Shown here piece after piece: positions 15,431 through 28,730 of a stretch of 64,000 nt of DNA. A program made the position numbers and the translations under genes. This stretch comes from Kondoa subrosea (Eukaryota). The DNA lies in assembly GCA_039545335.1 (NCBI GenBank), contig BCIN01000002.1, positions 3,006,678 through 3,070,677 of the forward strand. The letters are read 5' to 3'. Below the pieces are notes generated by a model. It was not told the DNA's origin. It was given only the letters and a program-made list of their open reading frames with translations, and searched no databases. Within the stretch, counting starts at the first letter, position 1. Each line of letters opens with the position of its first letter.

Positions 15431-17486
15431 CTACAATCGACCAAATTTCTTCCGCTCTATAGACCGAAACGGCACATACAGTATTGCTGAGATCACGAAA
15501 GCCACTTCAAAACCCAGATCTCCAGTCTTGGTGCCTATCGGTCCTTCGAACCAAACTTGAGCCATACATCTGTCCTCAGGAGTCAGATCCATGTCAAACT
15601 CGGAAAGACTTCACTCACGGTACAATAATGCCCCAAGCAAGGATAAACGCTGCGATAGCTGGAATGCCAGTAGTCAATTGGGATCTCGTGTTCCATGCCG
15701 CAAGATCATAGTTCGCCATGCTATTCTTTCTGAATACGAAATGTTCTACAGCAAGTATAGCGACATAGCTAGCCGACTATCGGATGAGTGAGTTTACGAA
15801 TAAGTTTACAGAGGAGTCATACATACCCAATAGCCAATAACTCCCAGGAAAGATTCTAAGGCAGCAAAAAACCGCTTCGCGCCAACAATTGCTACTGGAA
15901 TAATGGCTGCAGAAGCTAAAATAGTGAAGAAGTATCTTGGTACTTTGCACAATGGTGGAATTGCAACTTGTACAGATAAAGACAACGAGTAGACGGTTGC
16001 TAAAGAGAAGTCAATACACTTTTGGTCTATACAGTGCTCGACATTCCTTACCTGTAAGATTTCCAAGGAGAGAGAATGCCAGAAGAAAAGTGCAGAAAGA
16101 GCCGTATCCGCCAGCAGATCGAAGCATTTCTGTAGAAATACATCAAGTCAGGTCTAAGGCCAAGGCGAAAAACGGGACAGAATATACCTCTCAAGACTCC
16201 AGGTATACCATTGATCTCATAACCTGCAGTCCAGCTTTCTGACGTTCCTATCGATGCTCCAATAGCTGCGCCCAAAGTCTAGAACAGGGCTTCAGCGACT
16301 TCCCAAGATCTTGACAGGGAAAGAACCAACAAAAAGCAAACAAGTCGGTAGCCCAAGGCCTAAGAATTGATACCAGAACAGTCTCTGCGCTGGCGCTTCT
16401 CTGATGTAATAAAGTGTGTAATCACCAGCTATCGCTGTCCAAGTAATCAAGAAGCCTGCTAATATACCACCAAACGACAAGACCGGATAAGCTGATGCTG
16501 GTTCGGTTTGTACTCGATCGGACAGATGAGATCCACCTGCCGATACGAGGGAGATGATAGCAATGAGACTAATGACGAAAGAGATTTGTTCCAAGCGATG
16601 TAGGACCTTGTTGCCAAAGAATGCGACAATCATGGAAAGCACGGTGATTATGCTGATATAGAGACGAGTGAGCTCTAAGCCGTCCATTTGATCGTCTGAG
16701 CTCACACTATACCAACACTAGGTGAACGAACGGCTCAGACTATGCGTAGACAGAATAAAAGGAGATGGACTTACGTCCAGCTCAGATTACCGGAAGATAA
16801 TGTTGCCAATGTTTGACCAGCGAGAATAGCAGACACGACTCCCCACTATCACCAAATTCATGAGCTCTGAAGTAAATATGGAACATTGATAGCGTACTCC
16901 GAATAGAGTCAAGACATTTAGAATAGCTGGAAGAGCCACTCCTATCAATCTGTAAATTCACTCGATGCCTTCAGCTGTCGGTAGCCCTCAAACACGATCG
17001 AACTAACCCGAAGCTGTATCGAGAGAAGATCTGCTGTCTCATGCCATGCTTCGGACCTAGCGCAGTCGCCCATGCCGGCTATAACGTACTGTAAGAAGGA
17101 AAATCGGGAAGAAGTGCCAAAAGTTTGCTTACAGGAATTGTACATAGAATAGTGAAGCCGATGATAGTTAATGATGCATCCCTCAGACTCAGACCGTAGA
17201 CAGCAGTCGATACTTCAAGAGGCAAATCAGTACAGGTATATATATTGATAAATGCGATTCGCATACGAGATCCAGTGACAAGCGGCAACAGATTGGTCGA
17301 TAGACTAGCCCAAAGAAGAATCAACTTCCAATAGCTTGTATCTGTTCTTCCCTCTTCAGCAATCGGTGTTAATCCATGGGTTTCGACACCCAGTTGCAGT
17401 AATCGTTTATGCCATCTTGGCGATATCGTACTGACTCCATATAGTTGCACCGTCTCCGATATCGAGTCTTGCTCTAGGTCTTTCAT
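15431..17486 (-). CDS. purine-cytosine permease-like transporter (NCS1/Fcy2 family), multi-exon
   Basis: LGVETHGLTPI..EGRTD, WASLSTNLL, YGLSLRDASLTIIGF, AGDYTLY, ALESFLGVIGYW, MAQVWFEGPIG..GDLGFEVAF; many hydrophobic segments. Confidence 0.88.
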
Positions 17487-17859
17487 GCAGTGCTAACAGA
17501 GCAGAACTAGAAAAGACAGGAAAATCTATTTCGATCAAATCGCTATAGATGGATAAGGTCTGAAGCGAGAGAAGGCGCAGCAGCAGACAACAGAACACAA
17601 CAAGGGAGCAGCGAGATGACAGTCAGGAGCAAGGAGAGATGAATAATATACTTGGAAAGTGGTGACTCGAGGAGAGAGACCCGATTCGGAGTCCGCTTTG
17701 AATGCGCATACGATATCAAACGTAGTGTATATTTCGCGTGCTACCACGACCTCGAAGGACAGCAGACGGAGTGCTTGGTAACAGAAAACAATAATTCTGC
17801 TTGGACAGCAACCGCGTCGTCCTTGCATATACCCTAGCCTGCCGGCTTGATCTAATACC

Positions 17860-20800
17860 ATGCCTAGATCGAGCTTATCTTCCTCGGGCGGTCCTCCTCC
17901 AGCAGCGAGCTCAAGTTTCGCTAGAAATCATGCAGATCTATCCAGTTCAGTATCGAAACGAGGCAACCGAGCTGCAGCTCAACCTGGGTTTTCATCTGCT
18001 TTAATGAAGAACCGGTATCGAAAAGTACAGGAAGCTCAAAGAATGGATGAGCCAAACAGTCAATATGATGTTGATCTATCAGACCAAGATTTCTCGGACG
18101 ATGATGGTTGGCAGGATGGTGGAGGGAATAGCTTAGATAGCTCTGATGAGGAATTGGATGGCCCAGGAGAGAAGACTCATCACAGGAGAGGCTCAAACTT
18201 TAGTCCACCTGCTTCGAGTCTGGTCGAATTGGCCGATTTGGATCTACGTATCTCTGATCGTACTGCTCGAGAAAAATGGAATCAGTCAATGGCGAAAGCT
18301 GCTACTCGTCCTGTAGCTCGAAGTTATGATGTATCTTATCGGGCTACTGCTCATGCAAACCAAGACAGTGCAGATGAAAGTGACGGTGAAGATCCAAGAC
18401 AACCCGCTAGCGAAGATTCTATGTCCAATAGCGAGGAAGAGGAAGAAAGCGAGAACGAGCAGCAACGTTGCGAATGGCAAAACATGTTGACCAATGTTTT
18501 GGAAGGCGATGTCTTGAAGTCAGAAAAGAATCGGTTGTCTGGTACAGCCGTACATCAAATGGATGATTCCACTGGTCAACGCAAATATCAATTCAATCAA
18601 ATTTGGATGGGTGTTCGTGCTTTCGTTAGAAACAGATCACTTGAAGCAGAACAGCGTTTCCTTCATGAAGCTCGAGCCCATATCGTTGCCATTTTCAATG
18701 AAGTAGCTTCTTTCAAGATTGTCTCTGCATCTGATGATCCCGATGCACCTGCACCTACTGCTGCTCAAGCAGCCGAGCAAGTTCAGATTCTCCTAGCGAA
18801 AACAAATTGGGCTATTTCTCTCTACCCTTCCATTGCTGCTCTTCGCGCATCTAATGAGCTGGCAAACAAGGAAGAAATTCTTGCAAGACTTGATGCTCTG
18901 CAAAGTTGGATCACTATTACAAGTCGCTTGCAGATGTATCTGGGGATATTGCAAAAATGGACTGGAAGTGAAAGCTTGGAAATCACTAAGCCTAATTTGG
19001 AAAAGCTGGGCGATGAAGGTGCTTCTCGCGATAACACTCCGCCAGCAGAAGATCAGCATCCTGAACAGCAACACCATCATCGCAAAATTCTCGATTCATC
19101 TACTTTCGTTGAACGCTTGCTGAAAGAAGAGTCTCTTACTTCCACTTTTGCCAAAGGCATTCTCAAGGACATCTATCCTCTCGTGACAGCGGCCAAAGAA
19201 ACCATCATCGCCAATAGAGCTCATTTCCTGGAAATTGGCTTACCACCCTTCAGTGAAGATCTAATTGCCATCATCAACTTCCCTATGAACCTAATGCGGG
19301 AAGCTATTTTCCTTCGACTAGATTCTGCTAGTCGAGTGAATAAAGAAGATCCTTCTATTGTCCTCATTGATCAACTTACCGATGATTTCCGAGCTGGTTT
19401 AACATTAGCAACCCAAATGAAAAAGAACTACTTGGAAACTATTCAACCTGATCCAGAAGGTGGTTGGGTTTTACCACCAGTTTCCCTCGACAGCTATAAT
19501 CATGTCTTGCAAAACGCCTTACGATTCTTCTTCAAGCTTCTACATTGGAAATTACGAAGTGGTAGTAAAGCGATCTATTTCAAAGAAACGGATATAGTTG
19601 AAAGAGAGTGGAACTTTTTGAGTAGAGCGGTTGAACAGATTGATGGTGGTGATTTGCTCATAGCTGAACATTTCTCGTAAGCTCTTTCACTTCAAGATCT
19701 AGTGCTCTGGTTGATCATCTGGGTTACAGCAATCTGACGATGAAGCTCATTCAAAGAGTCTCAACGTATGTGGATGAAACGCTAGAGATTCTTGGTCGCC
19801 GGCAGATGAGCGCTAGTAAAGTCACGAGGTGGTTCAACCAGCGTCTGGATGATGTCCGTCAAAGGCATCGAAAGCTTCTACGTTTCGGAAAGTAAGAGCT
19901 GACTCTATGGCGTAATAATATTCGCTGACCTTCGTGCCTTAGAGCTATTGTTCAACGCTTTGAAAACGCCACTGAATTCGATATGGAGACATCAAATCAC
20001 AAAATCGATCTCGGTCTCTTCATTGGTGCCTTGGCGGAAACCGATCATTTCCTCGTTTATACCGGTTTGACTGAACAGAAGGGCATTTATGTTATTGCAA
20101 GCGGAAACCTCCACGATCAACCAGAAGTCATCACTCGTATTCTTACTCGCTGCTATGTCGCTCACACTCAACCCGATTATATACCTTTCGAAGAAGAAGA
20201 TGAACCTGAACTTCCAGACGAATGTCGTTATGTCATCTTGCTTTCACCTCGTGACCCTTTCATCTGGACCGGAAGAGTGATGAGCTTGGATACTTTGCCC
20301 TCTGTTGTTCCCGAACTTGATCTCCGCGACAAGAGAATCAGGCTTGTGGCAGAAGGTCCGGATTCGCTTCTATTGGAAGCAAGAACGCATCTCTACCAAC
20401 TCTTCCCTCTTCTACCTCGCCTAATCATCAATGATAGAATCGCACACTTGGCAAGAGTCAACAGAGACGTCAAAAGAATCAAGAAGGTTACGTATCATCT
20501 TGGCGAGAATATCGTTACAGCCGCTGCACGAATTCAGCAGAATGTGCGTAGTTTAGAAGGAGGTGAAGGTCTACTCGCCACCTACTTTTCTTTCGCTGCG
20601 GATTTGGGCATGCGATCTTTACGTTCTTTCGAGCAATCTTTCAAGGCTCGCTTAAACATTCAGCTTCAGCAATTCGCTATTCAATGGGTTCATTTCATTT
20701 GCGAAGACTGTGTTCCTTCGGACGCAAGAACTTTCAAATGGGCTGTTGCTGCTTTAGAATTCGCTCGTGTCGTCACAAGAGGCAAGAACATCTTCAAGCT

Positions 20801-22681
20801 TTCAACTGAAGATTTCCTTCTTTTGCGATCTGGTGTTGCCAATTGCATGACTCTTCTTATTTCGCATTTCGATATTCTTGGCGCTCGATCAAGTGTTGAA
20901 ACAAGAAAGCAAAGAGAAAGACTGGACGCTGAAAGTCAAGAAACGCGGAAAGCAATTCAAGCTAAGTTGGCAGCTATGCAGGCTGGAAATCTAGAATACG
21001 AAGGCGACTTTGCTCTCACAGAACAACTTACCCCATCGAATGGTCTTGGTAGTTTAAGAGAAAGAAGGCAAAGATGGACCGATAAGCTCGCTGAACTCGA
21101 TGAACACCGTGCTGAAGTCGAATCTGGTATGCGTATGGTCGGCAAAGTACTCTCGCATGGTCGTCCAGAAGACCAATCTTTGCTCTCTTTGGCTTCATCA
21201 GCATCCAATATCAATATTCGTTGGCAACAGGGCAAGTTCATCGGCGCTGGTACATACGGAACAGTCTATCTTGCTGTCAACTTAGATTCAGGCGATGCTA
21301 TGGCTGTCAAAGAAATTCGATTTCAGGATTCAGCTTCAGCCCCTACACTCATCAAGCAGATTCAAGATGAGATGTCGGTCATGAGCATGATTCATCATCC
21401 GAACATCGTAGACTACTACGGTATTGAAGTACATCGAGATAAAGTTTACATCTTCGAGGAGTATTGTCAAGGAGGAAGTTTGGCTTCTTTGCTTGAACAT
21501 GGTCGAATCGAAGATGAAACCGTTCTTCAACTATATACTTATCAACTGGTAAGCTTGATTTGCTGCTTGCTCGGTTTGCGGCTGATGCTTCAGTCCAGCT
21601 CGATGGTCTTATCTATCTACATCAGCAAGGAGTTGTCCACCGTGATATAAAGCCTGACAGCAAGTACACTTCCATTTAGACACTTCAATGCAATTGACAT
21701 CTAGCATAGATATCCTCATTGACGGCAACGGTATGATGAAGCTAGCAGATTTCGGTTCGGCGAAAGTTCTGGTCAAGAAAGCTATGACTTTAGCAGGTCG
21801 AACACGGGGAGCTTTCGCACCAAATCCTATTCGAGATGATCTACCCGCAGCGGCAAATGCTGGTCCACAAAATACTCTGAGCGGAACTCCAATGTACATG
21901 AGTCCTGAAGTCATCAAGGGTGAGAAATCTGGTGACAAAGGTGCTATGGACATCTGGAGGTGTGCAACATCACGTTGTGTTTTGACGTTTCAACTCAATA
22001 GTACACAGTTTGGGATGTGTCATGCTTGAGTGTGCTACTGGCAAGCGGCCTTGGGCAGGTCTAGACAACGAATGGGCTATCATGTTCGTCTCTGTACTGT
22101 CTCAGTCCATTGTATACTGATTGATGGTGTGCGACAGGTTCCACATCGGTGTGGCCAAAGAACATCCCCCTCTGCCTGATCCATCTCAGCTTTCCGAATT
22201 GGGTATCGACTTCATCAAGTGTTGTTTGACGATTGATGTCAATAAGCGGCCGACGGCTGAAGAATTGCTCAATCATCCTTGGATTCAAGGTTTCACGTAT
22301 GTTATTACTGTTCACTAACAACATGGTTTAGGCTCATCCAATGCTATCTACAGCGAGGAATTGTACCAAGAACAAGATGAGATCGATGGATCTGACGAAA
22401 GCGCCAATCTTGGTTACATTTCCAATGCACAAATGGATGGACAAACTATTGTGCGTTCTTTCGCATTTTCAGACAAATAGGTATTGACCCGATCATAAAG
22501 ATCGATGATGTGTCTAGCTATTCTATAGCGAACAGACCAGTGAATCCTATTGGAGTTCCTCTGTAAGTGAAAGTCTGGACAGATATGTTTGAAACAGTAT
22601 TGATGAGATTTGTTGTATAGAACTGCGCTCACTGAGGAAGAAGAAGAAGAAGAACTGGCGCTCGAAAATCCTACAGACTAG
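17860..22681 (+). CDS. SSK2: stress-activated MAP kinase kinase kinase of the HOG pathway (Ssk2/Win1/Wis4 type)
   Basis: EWQNMLTNVLEGDVLKSEK N-terminal conserved block, CEDCVPSDARTFKWAV, kinase domain RWQQGKFIGAGTYG, MAVKEIRFQD, HRDIKPDN, DFG, GTPMYMSPE; manually spliced terminal exons end LENPTD*. Confidence 0.93.
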
Positions 22682-22928
22682 CGTCTTGCTTAGTCCCTAA
22701 CCTGACCGTAAGTTGACTTGTTAAGTACTACTGTTATAGAGCATTGTCCATATGTACCAATTCACTTGCATGTCACAAACAAGAATTGCATAGCTAACTC
22801 TATCGAGACTTGGTCAATACTCTTCATCTCGGGCCGCCAGCAAATCAAGGCTTTGACCATTATTGTTCATCGTCACCTTGCCTTCTAATTATTAATTGTT
22901 GTCTTGACTCCTCCATCTGGCTTTCTAT

Positions 22929-23994
22929 TTGGCTTCGCTGCTTGCTGCTGGCCAGCAATTCCTTATTGCTTCTCCCTGGGCCATCTGTGCGTGCTCTATC
23001 CCTCGTCCGACAGCAATGTTTACACAAATTCTATCATCGCATCAGATGGCATCCCAAGCTCTGGTAGTCAGTGATGTTGCTCCAATCGCTGCCTTCAGTC
23101 GCCGTTATTCCAGCCTGCTTCCTCCACTAGCTCTATTCCTCCCGAATCGCTTATCTCCTTCAGAACGAAAACAAGCAGCAAAGCATCTATCTACTGTCGC
23201 ACTAGCTGTAGACTCTCTTTCGCTACTCTCCGCTCAGCGTAATTTATCAGTAAGGAAAAGAAGCAGCGGATTCAAGAGACTCTTCGCACGGAAAGCTAAA
23301 CCATCATTATCGCAAGTTTTCTCAGGCAATGAAATCTTCTTCATCTGGATACTAGGCATGCTGTATCTTTTGTTCATCAGTTGGAGATTGGGGTCGAAGA
23401 AGAACGTACTCGTGCAAAGTATGGTTTCGGGAGCTGGTGTCCTGTTGGCGCAAAAGGATGTGCGATATATTTGGCTAGCTGAGCTGCTCAAGGTGAGTCG
23501 CTTCGATATATGTGATAGTCAATCGCTTTTACTAACTGCTAGAATTGAAGAGCAATTCACTGAAGGCTCATCTGCTGACTAATACTCAATATCGACTGCC
23601 AAAATCGATTAAGCAGTCAAAATGGAGCAGATGGAAGCAGAGCTGGAGAAGAAGCAAGCGAAAGATGGAGCTGGTCTCATCTGTGTTTCTGTGATATATA
23701 GGCTCGCGAATTGAGAAGAGAATCGCAACAATAGCGGAGCCTATGTTCAGGGCGATAAGGACTGGCTAGTATGGAAGCGGCCTGTACTTTATGTCTATGG
23801 CTTTGTCTGAAACTGAGCTGGTTCTAAGATTCCGAGACAGATGCAATTCTATGGTTCAGCTGAAACCGACGTGGACCCCTCTTGAAGCGCTGGCATTTGC
23901 GTCCTTATCTGTCTGCGCGTCGTGTCATACCATCTGCTCGACTGTTTCATGCTCTCTTCGGCAAACTTCTGCTCCTTCACCACGCTATCACATA
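22929..23994 (+). CDS. hypothetical membrane protein, exon structure uncertain
   Basis: 217-aa ORF with a hydrophobic segment (IFFIWILGMLYLLFISW) ending at a GTGAGT donor, followed by coding-like exons; no family recognised. Confidence 0.35.
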
Positions 23995-24221
23995 AGCCGG
24001 ATTCTTTTCACCTAAATTTGGCCTATCAGCTTTTCTTGCCTAGCTTGCAAAGCCTCTACTCTCGCCTCTACTATACTGACTACAAGCAGTCTCTTCAAAG
24101 TGTGACAGATCGTATTCTTGCATATTCTGCCCATCGAAGCTAAGAACTATAAATTGCTTAAATTCGTTGTCTCATGTCGAATGGAAAACTCTTTCGTGAC
24201 GTCTGCTTCTGCTTACCGGTG

Positions 24222-24230
24222 TATATAAAG
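24222..24230 (+). promoter_or_regulatory. TATA box followed by CT-rich tract
   Basis: TATATAAAG 90 bp upstream of ATG 24312, followed by a pyrimidine-rich leader. Confidence 0.6.
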
Positions 24231-24311
24231 AGTCGTTTTCCTTTTTACCTCTCTTTTCCTTCACAACATCTTCACACTCTTTCCAACACTCTCATTTACA
24301 TCAACAGCAAA

Positions 24312-25365
24312 ATGCTTTTCATCAAATCAGCTTTACTTCTCTCAACTGTCATCAGCTCAGTCTTCGCTCTCAGTCAGTCCAATGGTCATGATCAAGGCAT
24401 GGTTGTCGTAAGCTTTATCTCCCGCGCCGGATCGATCGATTGCTTAACTTGACTTTGATAGAAACGCGCTGCGGCCAAAACTGGCAAAGCAGTCACCAAT
24501 GGTGCAAAGATCGTAGCTGCCATCAAGGTAGCTGACAAAAAAATCATCAGCATCACTGCTCAGATCAAGAAGCTCAAGACTACGTGAGCTCTACTTGCCC
24601 TAGAAAGGTTTCCTTCTGATTGTTGCGTAGTGGTGGAGCTGCCAAAGTTTCCGTTGAATTGAAGCCCCTATTGGCTCAAGTTGTCCCGAGTTAGTCTTCC
24701 TACTCATCGTTTTCGATCTCGTCTAATGATCGATGACTCATAGCCATCAAAACTCTCAAGAAGGAAATCAATGCTATTGCCAAGAACAAGGGCAAAGGTG
24801 ACATTGAAGAACGCGCAGTTGTTGATAACGCCGCTGTGGCTGCTGCTGGTGAGGGAAAAAGAGAAAGGAGCAAGGAAAAGATTTAATCAATTCGATTGTA
24901 CAGTCGCTGGCCTGATCGTTTCACTCGGTGCTTTTATTGCGGCCGTCGAAGGTACGCTTTCTTTTTTCACCCATTCGTAAGTGGTTGTGCTGATTCAGCT
25001 ATTATGATACAGTCCTCGTGGCTACCATTCCCCTGCTCAACAACCTCTTGATTCCAGTCTTGCTCGCTTTGAACGTAGGCACCTACTCAATCCTCCTAAG
25101 TCATAGTCTCGACGCTTATGCATATTCTCAGCCTCTATTGGCATCTCTTCTGGCCGGTCTCGCTCCTTTGGTCTCCAACTTGCTCATTTTGGGTTAGTCT
25201 TCTCCTTCTCCATTATACTGACACTCGCTCAACTGTTCTATCACAGTCGCCAACCTCCTCAACAACTTGTTGGGCTCTACTGGACTTGTCAACCTCGTTC
25301 CTCTCTTGTCTGGCTTGGGCACAACCCTCGGCAACCTTCTTGCAGGTCTTTTGAAAGGCATCTAA
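24312..25365 (+). CDS. secreted cysteine-free amphipathic protein (~220 aa, 8 exons), Sc15/repellent-like
   Basis: Signal peptide MLFIKSALLLSTVISSVFA, propeptide ending VVKR (Kex2), Lys-rich N-half, Leu-rich C-half ending LGNLLAGLLKGI*; seven GT-AG introns give a continuous frame. Confidence 0.8.
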
Positions 25366-25674
25366 GTGCACTCTCGCAAGGGCAAATGTCGCGACTGGAT
25401 CGCACAAAACAAAAGACGTAGAACTCGACTTTCTTTTAGCTGTTTTGAAGTAATCGTAGTCGTATAGCAGAAGTAGAAAAGAAATGCTAGATTTGACTAT
25501 TGACCACTTTTTTACTGCCTCTTTCTATCCCTCAATGTAAGTTGCGACCTTCCTCTAAGTCATACTCACGATGCAATGGATTCTCTAAGTTGATGATATT
25601 CTGATGAGGTGTAAATGCATCATCGCCAAAAGCAGAAGAAGGAGGAAAAAGTGATAGAAGAGCCTTGTCAGTAG

Positions 25675-26975
25675 TTATACATTGATACTACAACAGATTC
25701 GCATAAAACCATCTTTCAGAGCTTGGAGAGCATCTTCGATCATTCCTTTGCTAATATCCGATACTCCCGGTAGCAGCATCAACGAATGAGTAGTACCGTC
25801 GTATTGCTTGAGGGTTGAAGAGACGCCAAGTCGCTGCAACTTCTGATGATATTCTCTTGCTTCGTCACGCAAGATATCGAGTTCCGCTACAGCTATCCAA
25901 GCTTTCGTAGTCCGTTTGATAAGATCGTCTGGAGCAAGCAGAGGCGAAGCTTTCCAATGTTTGGAATCTTCTGAATTCGGAAGGTAGAAATCGCGATACC
26001 TGTCAAATACTTGAGCTATTTTCACTTGCGGACTGCGTCAGAGATTAACCATTTCATCCTAGCCGGAGAAAGCCAAGCTGTCGACAACGTGAGCTGGAGT
26101 AATAGCAGAGTGACCCTTCACATACGAGCTCGTTCAGCGTTAACTTTCCAATGGCCATCTTCGTCAGTTGTATTATCCAGTACGGGCAAGCAAAGCATTT
26201 GCAAGACAAGCGGGATGTTATGTTCCGCAGCCATAAGTGCCACAGTAGCTGATAAATTTCCACCTCTGTCCTCAGTCAGCCTTATTCGGCATATTAAAAC
26301 ACTCGGGACCCACGCAGAAAGTCCAGCGACAGCAATCTTTGCTGGATTGATGCTCAATTCTTCCTTGCCTTGAGTATATACCCATTGTAGAACTTCCCAA
26401 ACGTCTTCTACAGCAGCTGGAAAAGGGTTCTCAGGTGCTTTGCGGTAATCGACTGAGACCACTAAGCATGGAGTAGCTAATTCCTGCTCAGCGGTTAATA
26501 CCACGACTGAGGAAGAAACATACTTGCACATGCGCGAGTACAGAAAGAAGCTTCATCTTCGGGTTTTGACAAGACCCACTTGAGACAGGATCAGGCTAAT
26601 GGTACAAATGGCGGTGAGAAAGAGCTCACTCCTCCTCCATGAGAGTATACTAAGACATTCCATCCTTCTTCAGGTTGCTGCCCTTTCGGTGTCCAACAGA
26701 TCGCTCGACAATGACTGAACTTGAGTTCTCGCTTCGAACCAACTTCTACAGGATCGGTATTTCCAGGTAGCAAAGGCGCGTTTCGGAAAGAAGGATCCCA
26801 AGCCAGCCGCTCAGTAGGAGTTCGGTACTGGATTGCTTCGCATTAGGGCAATGTCCTGCTTGAGTAGAAAACTTGAACTCGCCTGAATCACTTCATCATG
26901 AAAGGCAGCGTACTGCGGATCTATCATCTCGCGGATAGACGGATGAAGAGGCTGCTGAACTTCTCGTGCAGACAT
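25675..26975 (-). CDS. alpha/beta hydrolase, hormone-sensitive lipase family (Abhydrolase_3) esterase
   Basis: HGGGW, VDYRKAPENPFPAAVED, nucleophile GLSAGG (split by an intron), AELDILRDE, GTTHS. The 3' end is approximate. Confidence 0.88.
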
Positions 26976-27287
26976 ATGTTAGAGGCTGACTAGAGACGAG
27001 AGATGTTTATAAGATGGAGTAATAATTTCGATCACAGGTTGAAAGATAACGAAGACACAAGCAGAAGCAAGCAAACGCAGATCAAAGAAGCAGCAGAGCA
27101 GAGCACAATTCTAGAGGATCAGAACCACAGTCTTGGCTATTGGAGTCCAAGAGGGATTCGATCATACTGTATTTCTTTTTGGCTCTGCCTGCTGAGCCTT
27201 GCTCGCAGTCTCTATCTCGCAGCTGCTGGCCCTTGACGTCTTTCCCTTGCTCTCTGTTCTTGCCTTGCTTGTTGCAGATTCAAGTAG

Positions 27288-28702
27288 ATGAATGCAGTCG
27301 ACACTGATGCTGCAATAACGAACGATTCCAGGTCTCAACCTCCTGCTCCATCGAATGCCAGGATTAAAGGTTTCATGGCCGGAGTTGTGAGCGGCGGGAC
27401 TAAGGTGATGCAGATGCTTTCTTACAGTGAAGCAGCTAGCTCAAATATAGTTGTCTGCAGCTGATCGTCGGACATCCTTTCGATACGATAGTAAGTACCG
27501 CTAGCTCCCTCATGTTGTATGCGCTCAGATGAGCACAGAAAGTAAGGCTGCAATGCGCACCAAAAGGAACGTATCGAGGTGCTTTCGATTGTTTAAGCAA
27601 GACTATCAAACTGGAAGGCATTCGTGCACTCTATAAAGGCTGTTCTCCGCCAGCTATTGGCTGGGCTTTTGTATGTCCTCGGTGCGAACCCGCGTCGAAT
27701 GCTTGTCTCATATTATTCCTTTCAAGAGCGACTCTGCTTTGATGGGTAGTCTGAACGCCTATAGAATGGCTCTAGCGAAGAGAGAAGCAATCAAAGCTGG
27801 TCGGCCGCCGTAAGCTGTCTGCCGTAACATATTAATACTCACTCTGATAAGAGGCATTATGCCAGGCCGAGAACGACTGAAGGTCTTTCGATTCTTGGAC
27901 ATGGTATAGCAGGATGGGGAGCAGGATTGACTGTCTGCGCGATTATAACCCCATTAGGTAAACTTGCTAGTACCTTGTTCACCTCAAGCATTAGCTGAAT
28001 AGGGTATAGAGAACCTCAAAGCGAAACTTCAGATGCAGACTAGTGCTGCCAACAAGGTCTATACTGGTCCTGTACATGCTGCGAAGCGTATTATTGAAGT
28101 ACAAGGCCCGATTGGCCTGTATCGAGGTTTCGCAGGTAGATTGCAGTGCCATTTATGATTCTACATCGGCTCAAGTCCTCCATTAGCAACCCTACTCTTC
28201 CGATCTTCTTTCGGTCCTATGTTTGCTGCGAACCAAGCTCTGCTCAATGACTTCAAGAAACGGAAACCTGAAATGAACAAGAGTCTGGCCAATTTCTTGG
28301 CAGGGTAATTACAAATGTTTGAGCGTTGGATCCATTCTGATTCAGACTACAGAGGCCTCTCATCGAACGTCTTTTGGCTTACAGCATTACCTGCCGACTC
28401 GATAAAGGTCTGTCGCAATTCACTCGTCATCTGTAATTCTGTCCTGATCCTGCCAGTAGAACCGAATCATGGCGGATAGCATAACAAAACCTCAATACAC
28501 ATCTATAGCACATTGTGCTCAGGTGATCTGGCGAGAAGGTGGACCGAAAGCATTTTATAAAGGTGATTTGCCGCCTAGATTATTTGCCAGTTAGAGCTAA
28601 TAATACTCAGGCTTTGTCCCTGCTTTGCTGCGGGCGACACCAGCAAACGGTGCTGCACTCGTTATGTGGGATCTAGTGTACAGAGCAATGGATACTACTT
28701 GA
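27288..28702 (+). CDS. mitochondrial carrier protein (SLC25; YMC1/CRC1-like), multi-exon, largely missed by the ORF track
   Basis: Three carrier signatures after splicing: GHPFDTIKVRLQ, TPLENLKAKLQ, LPADSIKNRIM; EGIRALYKG, GLYRGF, AFYKGFVPALLRATPAN. Confidence 0.92.
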
Positions 28703-28730
28703 TTGCCCGAAAACGTGGCAATAAAATGCA

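Noticed and set aside
22636..22654. (GAA)n run, and similar AAG runs in KRI1 and at 58295-58310
   Set aside because: These encode poly-Glu or poly-Lys tracts in proteins and are ordinary coding microsatellites.
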